Below, piece after piece: positions 11,472 to 21,576 of a stretch of 64,000 bases of DNA (position 1 is its first letter; each line of letters begins with the position of its first letter). Source of the stretch: a bacterium (GTDB lineage: Bacteria; UBA8248); contig OZ253442.1 in assembly GCA_965261085.1 (NCBI GenBank), positions 3,296,001 to 3,360,000 of the forward strand. The letters are read 5' to 3'. The position numbers were made by a program, and so were the translations under genes. The notes beneath the pieces were generated by a model that was not told the DNA's origin, searched no databases, and was given only the letters and a program-made list of their open reading frames with translations.

Positions 11472-12662
11472 ATGACCCATGCGTTCCTCGCCGATCTTGC
11501 CGGCCGGATCGAAACCCTGAAGGCCGACGGTCTGTTCAAGCAAGAGCAGGTCATCTCATCGCCGCAGCAAGGCGAGGTCACCCTACAGACGGGTACGTCC
11601 TGCATCAATCTCTGCGCAAACAACTACCTGGGCCTGTCCAATCACCCCCGGCTGGTCGAGGCCGCAAGGGCCGCGTTGTCCCAGTACGGTTTCGGAATGT
11701 CGTCGGTCCGGTTCATCTGCGGGACCCAGGTTCCCCACAAGCTGTTGGAGGAGCGTCTGAGCGAGTTTCTGGGAATGGAGGACACAATCCTGTTCCCCAG
11801 TTGTTTCGACGCCAACGCAGGGCTGTTCGAGAGCCTTCTGGGTCCGGAAGACGCGATCATATCGGATGCGTTGAACCACGCGTCGATTATCGACGGTGTG
11901 CGTCTTTGCCGCGCGAAGCGGTTCCGTTACGCCAACAACGACATGAAGGACCTTGAGGTCAGGCTGAAGGAAGCGGCCAGCGCGCGCTATCGCTTGATCG
12001 CCACGGACGGGGTTTTTTCGATGGACGGCCATATGGCCGATTTGCCGGCCATCTGTGACCTGGCGCAAAGACACGATGCCATTGTGATGGTCGACGACAG
12101 CCATGCCGTCGGCTTTGTCGGCGCCACCGGACGAGGTACGCCTGAGCGCTGCAATGTCACGGGGCGGGTCGACATCCTGACGGGGACCCTCGGCAAGGCG
12201 CTGGGAGGCGCGGCCGGTGGTTACGTCTCGGCCCGCCGAGTTATCGTGGAATGGCTGCGCCAGCGCGCGCGCCCCTACCTCTTCTCCAACACACTGGCCC
12301 CCGTCATCGCCCAGACCAGCCTGACAGCGCTGGATTTTCTCGCCGGCTCCTCGGAACTGCGAGAGCGGCTTTGGCGCAATACGAAGCACTTCCGCACCGA
12401 AATCACCGCCCTGGGATTCGAACTGCTGCCGGGCGAGCATCCCATCATTCCCCTGATGCTGCGCGATCCGAAGCTGGCGCAGAACTTCGCCGACGGACTT
12501 CGCGACAAGGGCGTATTGGTCACTGCGTTTTCGTTTCCCGTTGTCCCGCGCGGGCAGGATCGGATCCGCACGCAGATGTCGGCGGCCCACGATATGGAGG
12601 ATCTCGACCGCGCCATCAGCGCCTTCGCCGAGGTGGGCCGCCGACTTGGAGTCATCACGTAG
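11472..12662 (+). CDS. kbl: Glycine C-acetyltransferase (2-amino-3-ketobutyrate CoA ligase)
   Basis: [47 protein letters not shown] (PLP Lys), [17 protein letters not shown]; 396 aa. Confidence 0.95.
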   Translation: MTHAFLADLAGRIETLKADGLFKQEQVISSPQQGEVTLQTGTSCINLCANNYLGLSNHPRLVEAARAALSQYGFGMSSVRFICGTQVPHKLLEERLSEFLGMEDTILFPSCFDANAGLFESLLGPEDAIISDALNHASIIDGVRLCRAKRFRYANNDMKDLEVRLKEAASARYRLIATDGVFSMDGHMADLPAICDLAQRHDAIVMVDDSHAVGFVGATGRGTPERCNVTGRVDILTGTLGKALGGAAGGYVSARRVIVEWLRQRARPYLFSNTLAPVIAQTSLTALDFLAGSSELRERLWRNTKHFRTEITALGFELLPGEHPIIPLMLRDPKLAQNFADGLRDKGVLVTAFSFPVVPRGQDRIRTQMSAAHDMEDLDRAISAFAEVGRRLGVIT

Positions 12663-12672
12663 CGCATGGGAA

Positions 12673-13488
12673 ATGAGCATGTTCAAGCTTGAAGGACACA
12701 CGGCCATTGTCACCGGCGGCGCCAGCGGCATCGGACTCGCCACTGCGCAAACGCTGGCGGATATGGGCGCCAACGTCGTCATCGCCGACCTGAACGAGGA
12801 GGCGGGCACGCAGACGGCGGAAGAGTTGAAGGCGCGAGGCACCGCGGCGCTGTTCGTCAGGACCGACGTGGCCGAGGCCCGAGACGTCGAAGCGCTCATC
12901 AAGGCGGTTACGGACCGGTTCGGCTCGCTGGAAATCCTGATGCATTTCGCGGGGATCGGTATGGAGATACACGCCCTGGAAACCACCCTTCAGGATTGGA
13001 ACCGCATCATCGCCGTCAACCTTACGGGAAGTTTCCTGATGATGCGGGCCGCCGGCGCCGCTATGGTCAAGGCAGGATATGGCCGGATCGTGTCGATGTC
13101 ATCGGTTGCGGGGTTGCGGGGCGGGACGGGACGCGCGGCCTACGGTGCGTCCAAAGGCGGAGTCGCGGCATTGACACGGGTGATGGCGTCGGAGTGGGCT
13201 GAGTTCGGAGTGACTGTCAACACCCTGGCGCCGGGACCCATCGAAACCCCGCTGGTGAAGAAAATGCACGACCAGGAGACCCGCCGGGCCTATCTCCAGG
13301 GCGTTCCGGTGAACCGCTACGGGGTTCCGGAGGAGGTGGCGGTCGCGGCCGTCTATCTGGCGCTGCCGCAATCCGGCTACATCAACGGCGTGACGCTGCC
13401 AGTGGACGGCGGTTTCGACGCCAGCGGCGTCCTCAAACGTGGCCCCGGCTCCGGTGGACCCGAGGGGTCCGGGACGACCGCCTCCTGA
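12673..13488 (+). CDS. Short-chain dehydrogenase/reductase (FabG-like)
   Basis: TGGASGIG, YGASK, VNTLAPGPIET, VDGG; start moved to ATG 12673 after the kbl stop. Confidence 0.9.
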   Translation: MSMFKLEGHTAIVTGGASGIGLATAQTLADMGANVVIADLNEEAGTQTAEELKARGTAALFVRTDVAEARDVEALIKAVTDRFGSLEILMHFAGIGMEIHALETTLQDWNRIIAVNLTGSFLMMRAAGAAMVKAGYGRIVSMSSVAGLRGGTGRAAYGASKGGVAALTRVMASEWAEFGVTVNTLAPGPIETPLVKKMHDQETRRAYLQGVPVNRYGVPEEVAVAAVYLALPQSGYINGVTLPVDGGFDASGVLKRGPGSGGPEGSGTTAS

Positions 13489-13540
13489 AGTACGGCGTAC
13501 ATCTCCACCGCATCGCGCTTAGGGCGCGGGAAACGCCACG

Positions 13541-14105
13541 ATGGCCAAAACACGGAAGTACGATACCCCATCGTTTTAGGACTTGGCGGCGTGGGGAGCG
13601 CCACGCTCTATCAACTGGCGCAGCGTGGCAAGCGGGTGCTCGGCATCGAACAGTTCGGCATTGTCCACGACATGGGATCCTCCCACGGCGTCACGCGAAT
13701 CATACGCCTCGCATATCATGAACACCCGTCGTACGTGCCTCTGGTGCGGCGAGCTCTTGAACTTTGGCGGGACCTTGAGAGGGCGAGTGGAGAGCAGATA
13801 CTCCACGTCACGGGCACGCTGGACGCAGCCGCGCCGGCCAACACAGGCTTCATGGGCGCCCTGCGTTCGTGTGCGGAACACGACCTGCCCCACGAAGTGC
13901 TGACCAGCGCGGAGGTCACCCGGCGCTATCGAGGCTACCGTCTGCCGGCGGAAACCATGGCCGTCTTTCAGCGTGACGGCGGTTTCCTCCACGCGGAGTG
14001 ATGCGTCGCCTTGTTTACGGAACTGGCGCAGCGGCTCGGCGCGGCCGTGCATACAAACGAGCGTCTGTTGGAGTGGCAGCCAAGCGCGAACGAAGGCGCC
14101 GCTGT
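13541..14105 (+). pseudogene. solA: N-methyl-L-tryptophan/monomeric sarcosine oxidase remnant
   Basis: MAKTRKYD then frameshift to IVLGLGGVGSA...GSSHGVTRIIRLAYHEHPSYVPL; premature TGA at 13999-14001; truncated near 14105. Confidence 0.85.
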
Positions 14106-14145
14106 GGAGAGACAAAAATAATTGCAAATGACCCGATAATCGGCC

Positions 14146-14260
14146 TTTTTCCCAGACATAAAACAGCTAGAAAACCGACTTTTCCCCAGGCAAAAAACAG
14201 CTAGAAAATCGAGAGATTTTTCAGGCAGAAAAGGGCTAGAAAATTAGGGGATTTTCCTGG
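14146..14260. repeat. Three degenerate ~34-bp AT-rich direct repeats
   Basis: Unit tttt(c)cag(g/a)ca.aaaa..gctagaaaa seen three times in tandem. Confidence 0.65.
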
Positions 14261-14685
14261 CCATTCGTAATTATTTTTGTTCGGCTACACAGACGATCAT
14301 CAGTCTTAGGGCTGAACAGGGCCTCTTGAATCGCTGAATACACCGGTTCAAGCGGGTCTTCTACATCGATATCGAGCGCTGTTCCTTTGTTCCTCTTCTT
14401 GGGTATTTGAGAGGAGAGATTCGAATGAACTATTTTTGGAATTTAAAAGTTTTTTCGAGAATAAGCAGCCGTGACGCTCTCATCGTCTGTGAGGGCAGTG
14501 CCTACCGGGCCCGACTCATCAAAACCTCCCCTTGTTCAACCGCCGGTAGGCGTCGGTGCCCTTCAGCGCCTTGTTCTTCTGTGCGTAGTCCCAGGGAGTT
14601 CTCTCCTTCTTGTCCCGCGCCTTGGGGTCTGCGCCCGACCCCAACAGCGACCGAGCGGTTTCCGGCTGATTGCGTCCCGCCTTAT

Positions 14686-15918
14686 TCAGCCCTCACCCAG
14701 CGCGAGACGGGGGACCGGCTTCTCGTCAATGGCCAGATGGACGATGGCCGCGAACACCGCGAAGAACACGGCAGCCCACCACATCAGGTCGTACGAGCCG
14801 GTGCGATCGTAGAGCACCCCACCCATCCATACGCCGATGAAGCTTCCGAGCTGATGGCCCAGGAACACGATGCCGAAGAGGGTCCCCATGAATTTCAACC
14901 CGAAGAGCTGCATGACGATGCCGGTGGTCAGCGGGACCGTTGAGAGCCACAGCAGCCCCATCAATGCAGCGAACAGATAGATCGTCAGGTCCCTCGCCGG
15001 GGCCATCAGGAGCGCGACGATGACCAGCGCCCGGGCCAAGTAGATGACGGAAAGACTCATCTTCTTGCTGAACCGTTGGCCGATGGCGCCCGACATGAAC
15101 GCGCCGAAGATGTTGAGCAGCCCGACGATCGCGAGCGCATAGGCGCCTACATGCGGCGAGAGGCCGAGATCGGTGACGTAGGAGGGGAAGTGCACGACGA
15201 TGAACGCGACGTGGAACCCGCACACGAAGAACCCGACAGTGAGGAGCACGTAGCCGCGATGGCTCATCGCCTCGCTGAGAGCTTCCCCGAGAGTCTGGCC
15301 CGATTCCAGTTCGCCGACTGTCTTGCCCGCGCCCCGTAGGGTGAACGCGAGCGGAATCATGACCAGCGTGATGAGAGAGATCAGCAAGAGCGAGTCGTAC
15401 CAGCCGTAGCTCGATATCAGGGCCTGGCTGAGCGGTGAGAAGATCACTTGGCCGAGCGAGCCGGCCGCGGTTCCGAAGCCGAGGGCAAGCGAGCGGCGTT
15501 CCGGCCCCACGACCCGCGCGATGGCGGCGAGCACGAGCGAGAACGAGGTGAACGCGACCCCGAGGCCGACGAGGAGGCCGCCGCTCAGATGGAGTGCGAG
15601 CCCGCTGTCCGACACCGCCATGCCTGCAACGCCCATGGCGTAGACGATTGCGCCCAAGGCGATCACCAGCGCCGGTCCGTACCGGTCCGCAATGGCCCCA
15701 GCGACCGGGACGCCGACTCCCCACAATAGATTCTGGACCGCCATCGCGAACGCGAAGGTCTGGCGCGACCACCCGTTCGAAACCGTCATCGGCTCGAGAT
15801 AGAGCCCGAAGCTCCCCCGGACCCCAAATCCGATGAGCGAGATCAGACAACCGCCCACGATCACCGCGAGCGCGGCGCCACGGCCGGGATGGATATCGGT
15901 GGCGATAACGCGGCTCAT
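14686..15918 (-). CDS. MFS transporter (OFA/YhjX-like)
   Basis: ~12 hydrophobic segments, GAIADRYG motif A, GFFVCGFH and GHQLGSFIG; 410 aa. Confidence 0.9.
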   Translation of the reverse strand: MSRVIATDIHPGRGAALAVIVGGCLISLIGFGVRGSFGLYLEPMTVSNGWSRQTFAFAMAVQNLLWGVGVPVAGAIADRYGPALVIALGAIVYAMGVAGMAVSDSGLALHLSGGLLVGLGVAFTSFSLVLAAIARVVGPERRSLALGFGTAAGSLGQVIFSPLSQALISSYGWYDSLLLISLITLVMIPLAFTLRGAGKTVGELESGQTLGEALSEAMSHRGYVLLTVGFFVCGFHVAFIVVHFPSYVTDLGLSPHVGAYALAIVGLLNIFGAFMSGAIGQRFSKKMSLSVIYLARALVIVALLMAPARDLTIYLFAALMGLLWLSTVPLTTGIVMQLFGLKFMGTLFGIVFLGHQLGSFIGVWMGGVLYDRTGSYDLMWWAAVFFAVFAAIVHLAIDEKPVPRLALGEG

Positions 15919-16089
15919 GGGGATTCGGTCTCCATCTCAAGCAATGGTCGAAGCACGGCGCGACCGTCTAACTGTCTCCGCCACGCATGCACAAAGTGCG
16001 CAATGTAACACGCCTGGAGTCGATATCGAATTCGGACCCGGATCATCCGTCTCGCAGAGCGACTCCGCCCGCAGCCGTGAAGGTGCGCT

Positions 16090-16287
16090 TCCTCGTCAAC
16101 CGCGACCGAGCGCATCCTCGAGGTCCGCGACGAGGCGCAGCGCGCCATGATGGGGGCGAGGACTTTGCTCGGACGGATAGCCGAAGTGCGCGAGATCGCC
16201 GATTTGGCGCTCTTCCTCTGCTCGCCCGAGGCTGACTACCTGACGAGCCGGACGTTGACGGTAAACGGCGGATGGCTGATAACGTGA
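16090..16287 (+). pseudogene. C-terminal fragment of an SDR oxidoreductase
   Basis: Reads RTLLGRIAEVREIADLALFLCSPEADYLTSRTLTVNGGWLIT*; no Rossmann N-terminus upstream. Confidence 0.7.
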
Positions 16288-16303
16288 GGGGGGGGCGGAT
16301 GGA

Positions 16304-18454
16304 ATGGCGAAATTGGCCAGAGCGGCAAAAACGGGCGGGCGTGGGCGCAGCCAGGCGAAATCCCGCTTTGCCGTGGGCGTGGACGTGGGGGGTACGTTCA
16401 CCGATGCGGTGATCGTGGACACGGAGCGGGGCAGGATCTATCAGTCCAAAGCCCCGACCACTCCCCAAGACCTATCGCAGGGCGTTTTCGACGCGCTGAA
16501 CCTCAGCGAGGGTTTCTCGGCCGAAACCCTCCTCCCCCGGACGAACAAATTCGCCCACGGAACCACCCAGTCCACCAACGCCCTCTTCGCCCGGAACGGG
16601 GCCAAGGTGGGCCTCATCGCCACCCGTGGGTTCGGGGATCAGATTCTCATCATGCGCGGCGGGGGGCGCGTGGCGGGGATGAGCCTGCCCGAGCGGCGCC
16701 ACTTCGCTCCGACGTACAAACCCGATCCCATCGTCCCCAAGCCCCTCATCGTCGAGGTGTCCGAGCGGGTGGACTACAAAGGGGCCGTCATCACCCCCCT
16801 CGACCCCGAGGAGGCGCGCCGGGCGGTCGAAGCGCTTCTGGAAAAGGGGGTGGAGGCCATCTCGATTGCCCTCCTCTGGTCCTTCCGCAATCCGGCGCAC
16901 GAGCGCGCCTTGCGCGATATCGTTGCCGCGCTTTCTCCCGGCACCTACGTGAGCGTCTCCTCGGAACTGGCGCCCGTCATCGGGGAGTACGAGCGAACCG
17001 CCACCGCGGTCATCGACGCCTACGTGGGTCCCTCCACCGTGGATTACATCCGCCTCCTGGCGGAACGCCTCCGTGACGCCGGACTTCGAAGCGCCCTCCT
17101 CATCCTCCAGGCGGGAGGGGGCGTCAGCCGAGCTGAGCAGGTGGTGCCGGTTCAGACCATCGAGTCGGGCCCGGCGGCGGGAATTCTGGCGAGCCAGTTC
17201 CTCGCCGAAAAACTGGGCCACCGGAACGTGATCGCCACCGACGTGGGCGGGACCACCTTCAAGGTGGGTCTCATCGTGGAGGGCGAGTGGGCTTACGCCC
17301 GGGATACGGTGGTCGAGAAGTTCACCTACCGCGCTCCCATGGTGGACGTGACCTCCATCGGTGCGGGGGGCGGCTCCATCGCGTGGGTGGACGAGGGGAG
17401 GCTCCGAATCGGCCCCCAAAGCGCGGCGGCGGAGCCGGGGCCCGCCTGCTATGGCCGGGGGGGCGCGGAGCCCACCGTGACGGATGCGGACGTGGTGCTG
17501 GGCTACATCGATCCTGATTATTTCCTGGGTGGGCGGATGCCCCTCGAAGGCGCGCTGGCGGAAAAGTCCATCCGAGAGCGGATCGCGGAGCCGCTCTTCG
17601 GGGGCGACGTGGTGCGGGCGGCGCTGGGAATCCGCCAGGTGGTGAACGCGCAGATGGCGGACTTGCTGCGCAAGGTGACGGTCGAGCGGGGGCACGACCC
17701 CCGCGACTTCGTCCTCATGGTGTACGGTGGGGCGGGGCCTACGCATTGCACCCTTTTCGGCCCGGAGGCGGGCGTCGACCGGGCGGTCGTCCCTTTCACC
17801 GCGCCGGTGCACTCCGCCTTCGGCGCGGTGACCTCGGACATGCGCATCACCCTGGAGCGGTCGGACCCCCTGGCCGCGCCGCCCGAACTGGGCCGGGTAC
17901 GGAGTCTGTATCGGGCTCTTGAGAATGAAGCCCTGGAGCGGCTCAAGGCCGAGGGCAAGCGTCGGGGGGAGATCGATCTTAGCCGCTCGGCCTCGCTCCG
18001 CTACCGCCGGCAGATGCATGAAGTGAGCGTTCCCGTTCCCGCTGGAAGGCTCGACGGAAAGGCGCTCGCGGGGACGGTGGACGAGTTCGAGCGCCGCTAC
18101 GAGGCGCGCTACGGTCGGGGGGCGGCCTACCGGGAGGCGGGGGTGGAGTTCATCGGCTTCAAGGTCGAGGCCGTCGGAAGGGAGGCGAAGCCCCGGCTCG
18201 AGCGTCGGCGCCCGAAGGGGAAGAGCCCAAGCGGCGCGCTCAAGGGCCGGCGCCCGGTTTGCTTTGACGCCGTCAAGGGCCACCGGCGCACGCCGATCTA
18301 CGAGGGTGAGCGGCTGGAGTCCGGCAACCTCGTCCCGGGGCCCGCCATCATCGAGTACGCCTCCACCACGGTGGTGGTGGGGCCGCGCCAGCGGGCCGAG
18401 GTGGATCCATACCAAAACGTGACGCTCCACCTAGGGGGAGGACGGAGGCGATGA
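16304..18454 (+). CDS. Hydantoinase A/5-oxoprolinase family ATP-dependent subunit
   Basis: GVDVGGTFTD, HGTT, EYERTAT, ESGPAAG, DVGGTT, IGAGGGS, PGPACYG, TVTDA, GGAGPTH. Confidence 0.93.
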   Translation: MAKLARAAKTGGRGRSQAKSRFAVGVDVGGTFTDAVIVDTERGRIYQSKAPTTPQDLSQGVFDALNLSEGFSAETLLPRTNKFAHGTTQSTNALFARNGAKVGLIATRGFGDQILIMRGGGRVAGMSLPERRHFAPTYKPDPIVPKPLIVEVSERVDYKGAVITPLDPEEARRAVEALLEKGVEAISIALLWSFRNPAHERALRDIVAALSPGTYVSVSSELAPVIGEYERTATAVIDAYVGPSTVDYIRLLAERLRDAGLRSALLILQAGGGVSRAEQVVPVQTIESGPAAGILASQFLAEKLGHRNVIATDVGGTTFKVGLIVEGEWAYARDTVVEKFTYRAPMVDVTSIGAGGGSIAWVDEGRLRIGPQSAAAEPGPACYGRGGAEPTVTDADVVLGYIDPDYFLGGRMPLEGALAEKSIRERIAEPLFGGDVVRAALGIRQVVNAQMADLLRKVTVERGHDPRDFVLMVYGGAGPTHCTLFGPEAGVDRAVVPFTAPVHSAFGAVTSDMRITLERSDPLAAPPELGRVRSLYRALENEALERLKAEGKRRGEIDLSRSASLRYRRQMHEVSVPVPAGRLDGKALAGTVDEFERRYEARYGRGAAYREAGVEFIGFKVEAVGREAKPRLERRRPKGKSPSGALKGRRPVCFDAVKGHRRTPIYEGERLESGNLVPGPAIIEYASTTVVVGPRQRAEVDPYQNVTLHLGGGRRR

Positions 18455-20658
18455 GCGGGAAGCGCCTGGACCCCGTAACCTTCGAGGTTATCCTGCACAA
18501 GCTGAACCAGATCGCCGAGGAGATGTGCATCAGCTACGTGAATTGTTCGGGTTCGGAGCCGCTTGTCCAGGCCAACGACGCCAACGCGGGGATCACGCTG
18601 CCGGACGGCTCCATGGTGGTGGTGGGCCCCTACGTCATCATCCAGGCCAACGTGCTTCCCCTCACCGTCTCCCATATCATGAAGCGGTGCCGGGAGAATC
18701 CGGGGATCGGCGAGAAGGACATGTTCATCTGCAGCGACCCCTGGGTGGGCCCCATCCACCAGCCCGACATCACCACGGTGGCCCCGCTCTTCTACGAGGG
18801 CGAGATCTTCTGCTGGACGGGCGCCTCGGGGCACCAATCGGACATAGGGGGGAAGGACCCGGGCGGGTTCTCCATCGGGGTGGTGGACGTCCACCAGGAG
18901 GGCCTCCGGATGCCCCCGGTCAAGCTGGTGGAAGAGGGAGAGCTCCGCCAGGACCTTTTCGACTGGATCGTGAACTCGGTGCGGGATCCTCTGGTGGGCC
19001 TCGACGTCAAGGGCCAGATCGCGGCCAACCACGTGGGCCAGGAGAGGCTGATCGAGCTCATCGGGCGCTTCGGGGCGAAGGCGGTCAAGGCTTCCATGGA
19101 GGAGTCCATCCGCTACACCGAGAGGCGTCTCCGCAGGCGCCTGCGCTCTTTGCCCGACGGCACCTGGCGCACCCGCCAGTACATCGACCACGACGGCCAC
19201 GCGCCCAACCTCTACAAGATGGAATGCACCATGACGAAGCGGGGCGACAGCCTCTCGTTCGACTACGAGGGAACCGACCCCCAGGTGCGCAGCCAAGTGA
19301 ACTGCACCTACACCGGCCTCATCGCCGGGACCCTCACCCCCGTCTATATCATGCTCGCCCACGACATCCCCTGGAACCGCGGCATCCTGAACCGGGTGGA
19401 CATCCGCGCCCCCGAAGGGGTGATCAACAACTGCACCTATCCGACGCCCTGCTCCATGGCCACGGTATCGGCCTGTTATCTGACGCTGGACCTCGCCGCG
19501 GCCGCCATCAACCAGATGTGCGCGGCCTCGCCGGACTACCACGAGGAGGCCATGGCGATCTGGACCGCCGCCTCGGTGGCCCCCATGGTGAGCGGCACCA
19601 GCCAGCACGGCCATCCGTTCAGCCTAGTCGAGATGAGCCACTTCGCCGCGGGGGGCGGCGCCCTGACCCACAAGGACGGACAGGACAGCGCCGGGATGTA
19701 CTTCACCACCACCCCCCTCATCTCCAACATCGAGACCACCGAGCAGTTCTACCCCATCCTCTACCTCTTCCGACGGAATCTCCCGGATACCGGGGGGGCG
19801 GGCATGTACCGGGGCGGGTGCGCGGGCGAGATCGCCTTCATCCCGCACGACATGCAGAAGGAGTTTCACGAAACCGTTCTCATCGGAACCGGTCACGAGA
19901 TGCCCAACTCAATCGGGCTGTGGGGTGGATTTCCCGGCGGTACCGGACGCCACATTCTCATACGCGGCTCGGACGTTCTGGACCGAATCGCGAAGAAAGC
20001 GCCCCTTCCCGCCACCCTGGAGGAAATGGGGGGCGAGCAGGTGGTCTTTCCGCCTAAGGCGCCCCGGACGCCCTTCTACCCGGGCGAGATCTGGTACTCG
20101 AACTGGCAGGGGGCGGGCGGATACGGTGACCCCCTGGACCGCGACCCCGAGGCGGTGCATGCCGACCTGTCGGCGGGGCTCGTCACCCGCGCCTGCGCCG
20201 AAGAGGTCTACGGCGTGGCCCTGGATCCAGACGGGCGGGTGGACCATCCGGCCACTTCCGCCCTTCGGGAGCGCCATCGGGAGGCGCGGCGCGCGCGCGC
20301 GGGAGGCGGCTCCGTCCGCCCGGGCGACCCCCCGGCCCTTGCGGGAAGAGGGCTTCGGGCGAACGAGTACGTTGTCTGGGACGATGCGAATGGTGAGCTC
20401 GCCTGCCGCAAATGCGGCTTCGGCTTCGGCCCCATGGACGCGGATCCCAAAGAGCGCGCCCTCTGCGAGGACGCTCCCCTCGCGGTCGGAGGGCCGGTCA
20501 TGGGGCAGCTCTATGACCGGGGGCGGTTCGTCTTTCGGCTCTATTATTGTCCCGGCTGCGTTTCGCTCCTGGAGTGCGAGGTTCTCCGGAAGGGGGACCC
20601 ACCCGTCTGGGGCAGGCTCTCGGCGACCCAGTCCTGGCCGGGGAGAAAGAAGGTCTGA
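18451..20658 (+). CDS. Hydantoinase B/oxoprolinase family subunit with C-terminal Zn-ribbon (acetone carboxylase gamma-like)
   Basis: LDPVTFEV, DPW...HQPD, H.SDIGG, QEGLRMPPVKL, GGAG.YRGG, GGYGDPLDRDP; tail CRKC...YYCPGC; ATGA overlap with upstream gene. Confidence 0.9.
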   Translation: MSGKRLDPVTFEVILHKLNQIAEEMCISYVNCSGSEPLVQANDANAGITLPDGSMVVVGPYVIIQANVLPLTVSHIMKRCRENPGIGEKDMFICSDPWVGPIHQPDITTVAPLFYEGEIFCWTGASGHQSDIGGKDPGGFSIGVVDVHQEGLRMPPVKLVEEGELRQDLFDWIVNSVRDPLVGLDVKGQIAANHVGQERLIELIGRFGAKAVKASMEESIRYTERRLRRRLRSLPDGTWRTRQYIDHDGHAPNLYKMECTMTKRGDSLSFDYEGTDPQVRSQVNCTYTGLIAGTLTPVYIMLAHDIPWNRGILNRVDIRAPEGVINNCTYPTPCSMATVSACYLTLDLAAAAINQMCAASPDYHEEAMAIWTAASVAPMVSGTSQHGHPFSLVEMSHFAAGGGALTHKDGQDSAGMYFTTTPLISNIETTEQFYPILYLFRRNLPDTGGAGMYRGGCAGEIAFIPHDMQKEFHETVLIGTGHEMPNSIGLWGGFPGGTGRHILIRGSDVLDRIAKKAPLPATLEEMGGEQVVFPPKAPRTPFYPGEIWYSNWQGAGGYGDPLDRDPEAVHADLSAGLVTRACAEEVYGVALDPDGRVDHPATSALRERHREARRARAGGGSVRPGDPPALAGRGLRANEYVVWDDANGELACRKCGFGFGPMDADPKERALCEDAPLAVGGPVMGQLYDRGRFVFRLYYCPGCVSLLECEVLRKGDPPVWGRLSATQSWPGRKKV

Positions 20659-20669
20659 GGTCGAATGGG

Positions 20670-20695
20670 AAAAAGAAGCGACACTTCTTTTTTTT
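20670..20695 (+). terminator. Putative intrinsic terminator
   Basis: aaaaagaag-cgaca-cttctttttttt, 11 bp after the hydantoinase B stop. Confidence 0.55.
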
Positions 20696-20856
20696 CGGTC
20701 CATCGAGAGACCCTTGTTGACGTTGATGAAGAAACGGTTCTTGACACCGTTTCTTGCTACCGGTCGAATTCGCCTCGTTCAGCAGCCTTTCATTCTCTGT
20801 TCGGCTCGTATTCTCCGTTCTTTCTAGACTTCGTCCATACGGGTTAATCCATTTTA

Positions 20857-20869
20857 TATCAATTAGTTG
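20857..20869 (+). promoter_or_regulatory. IHF-like binding site
   Basis: TATCAATTAGTTG matches WATCAANNNNTTR exactly. Confidence 0.45.
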
Positions 20870-20904
20870 AGACGAATTAGCCACCTCCGGAAGGTAACCC
20901 GCGA

Positions 20905-21075
20905 CAGGGCCTGCGAGAGCGGCTCAAAGCCGCGACAGGAGAACGTATCGTGGCCCTCGAAGTGCTCGGAGGGGATAAACCCAGGGACGCGGAGAGGGCG
21001 AAGGAAGCGCCGCAACCAGGGGAGCACCGGACGTCTGGCATAGAAAAGGCCCGGGCAGAGCGCGGGATGGAAATA
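20905..21075 (+). pseudogene. Possible C-terminal relic of a MobF relaxase
   Basis: QGLRERLKAATGERIVALEVL followed by a charged low-complexity tail; resemblance is from memory, supported by the relaxase relics at 10381 and 29390. Confidence 0.35.
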
Positions 21076-21576
21076 CAGGAAAATCGTTTCAGAACTTTAT
21101 CCGACCAAATTGACGAATCGTCTTTCGCCCGCTTTGAGACATTAGGCCATTTCCATTAACGGTGAAATCCCGATATCCCGTTGATATTAGTAGGACAAGT
21201 TCATTGTTCCCGTTCTCGTTCGGAATACGTCTACCGCAGAATGTAATCAAAACGAAAGCGGTACAATTCAAACTCCTGCGCATCCCGGTGAGTTCCTGTT
21301 GGCCTTCCTCCGAAGCCCGGCCCGCATCATCTCTACGACCGGGTCGGCGAAGCGAGCGGCGCTTAGTCCTGGTTCCAAATAATACAGAACTGTTTCATCG
21401 TCGTGGCGGAGCGTGAGATGAAACTTCTGACTTCGCCCACCAACCGCCTAGCCAATCGTGCTCGTCGGGGGGGAATCATTGACGACCATGTCGCCGCCGT
21501 ATCGGATGTCAGTCGCATCGCGTCCGGACCGATGGCGAAGCGGGGTTCAGTCAGTTCTTCAGTCATCTGTGCAGTT

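Noticed and set aside
16472-18430. 652-aa minus-strand ORF and similar long ORFs opposite kbl, hydantoinase B, the permeases and LVIVD
   Set aside because: Mirror-frame shadows of well-supported genes on the other strand
21363-21570. Short minus-strand ORF after tolC (MTEELTEPRFAIG...)
   Set aside because: No recognisable motif; may be a degraded gene but cannot be supported
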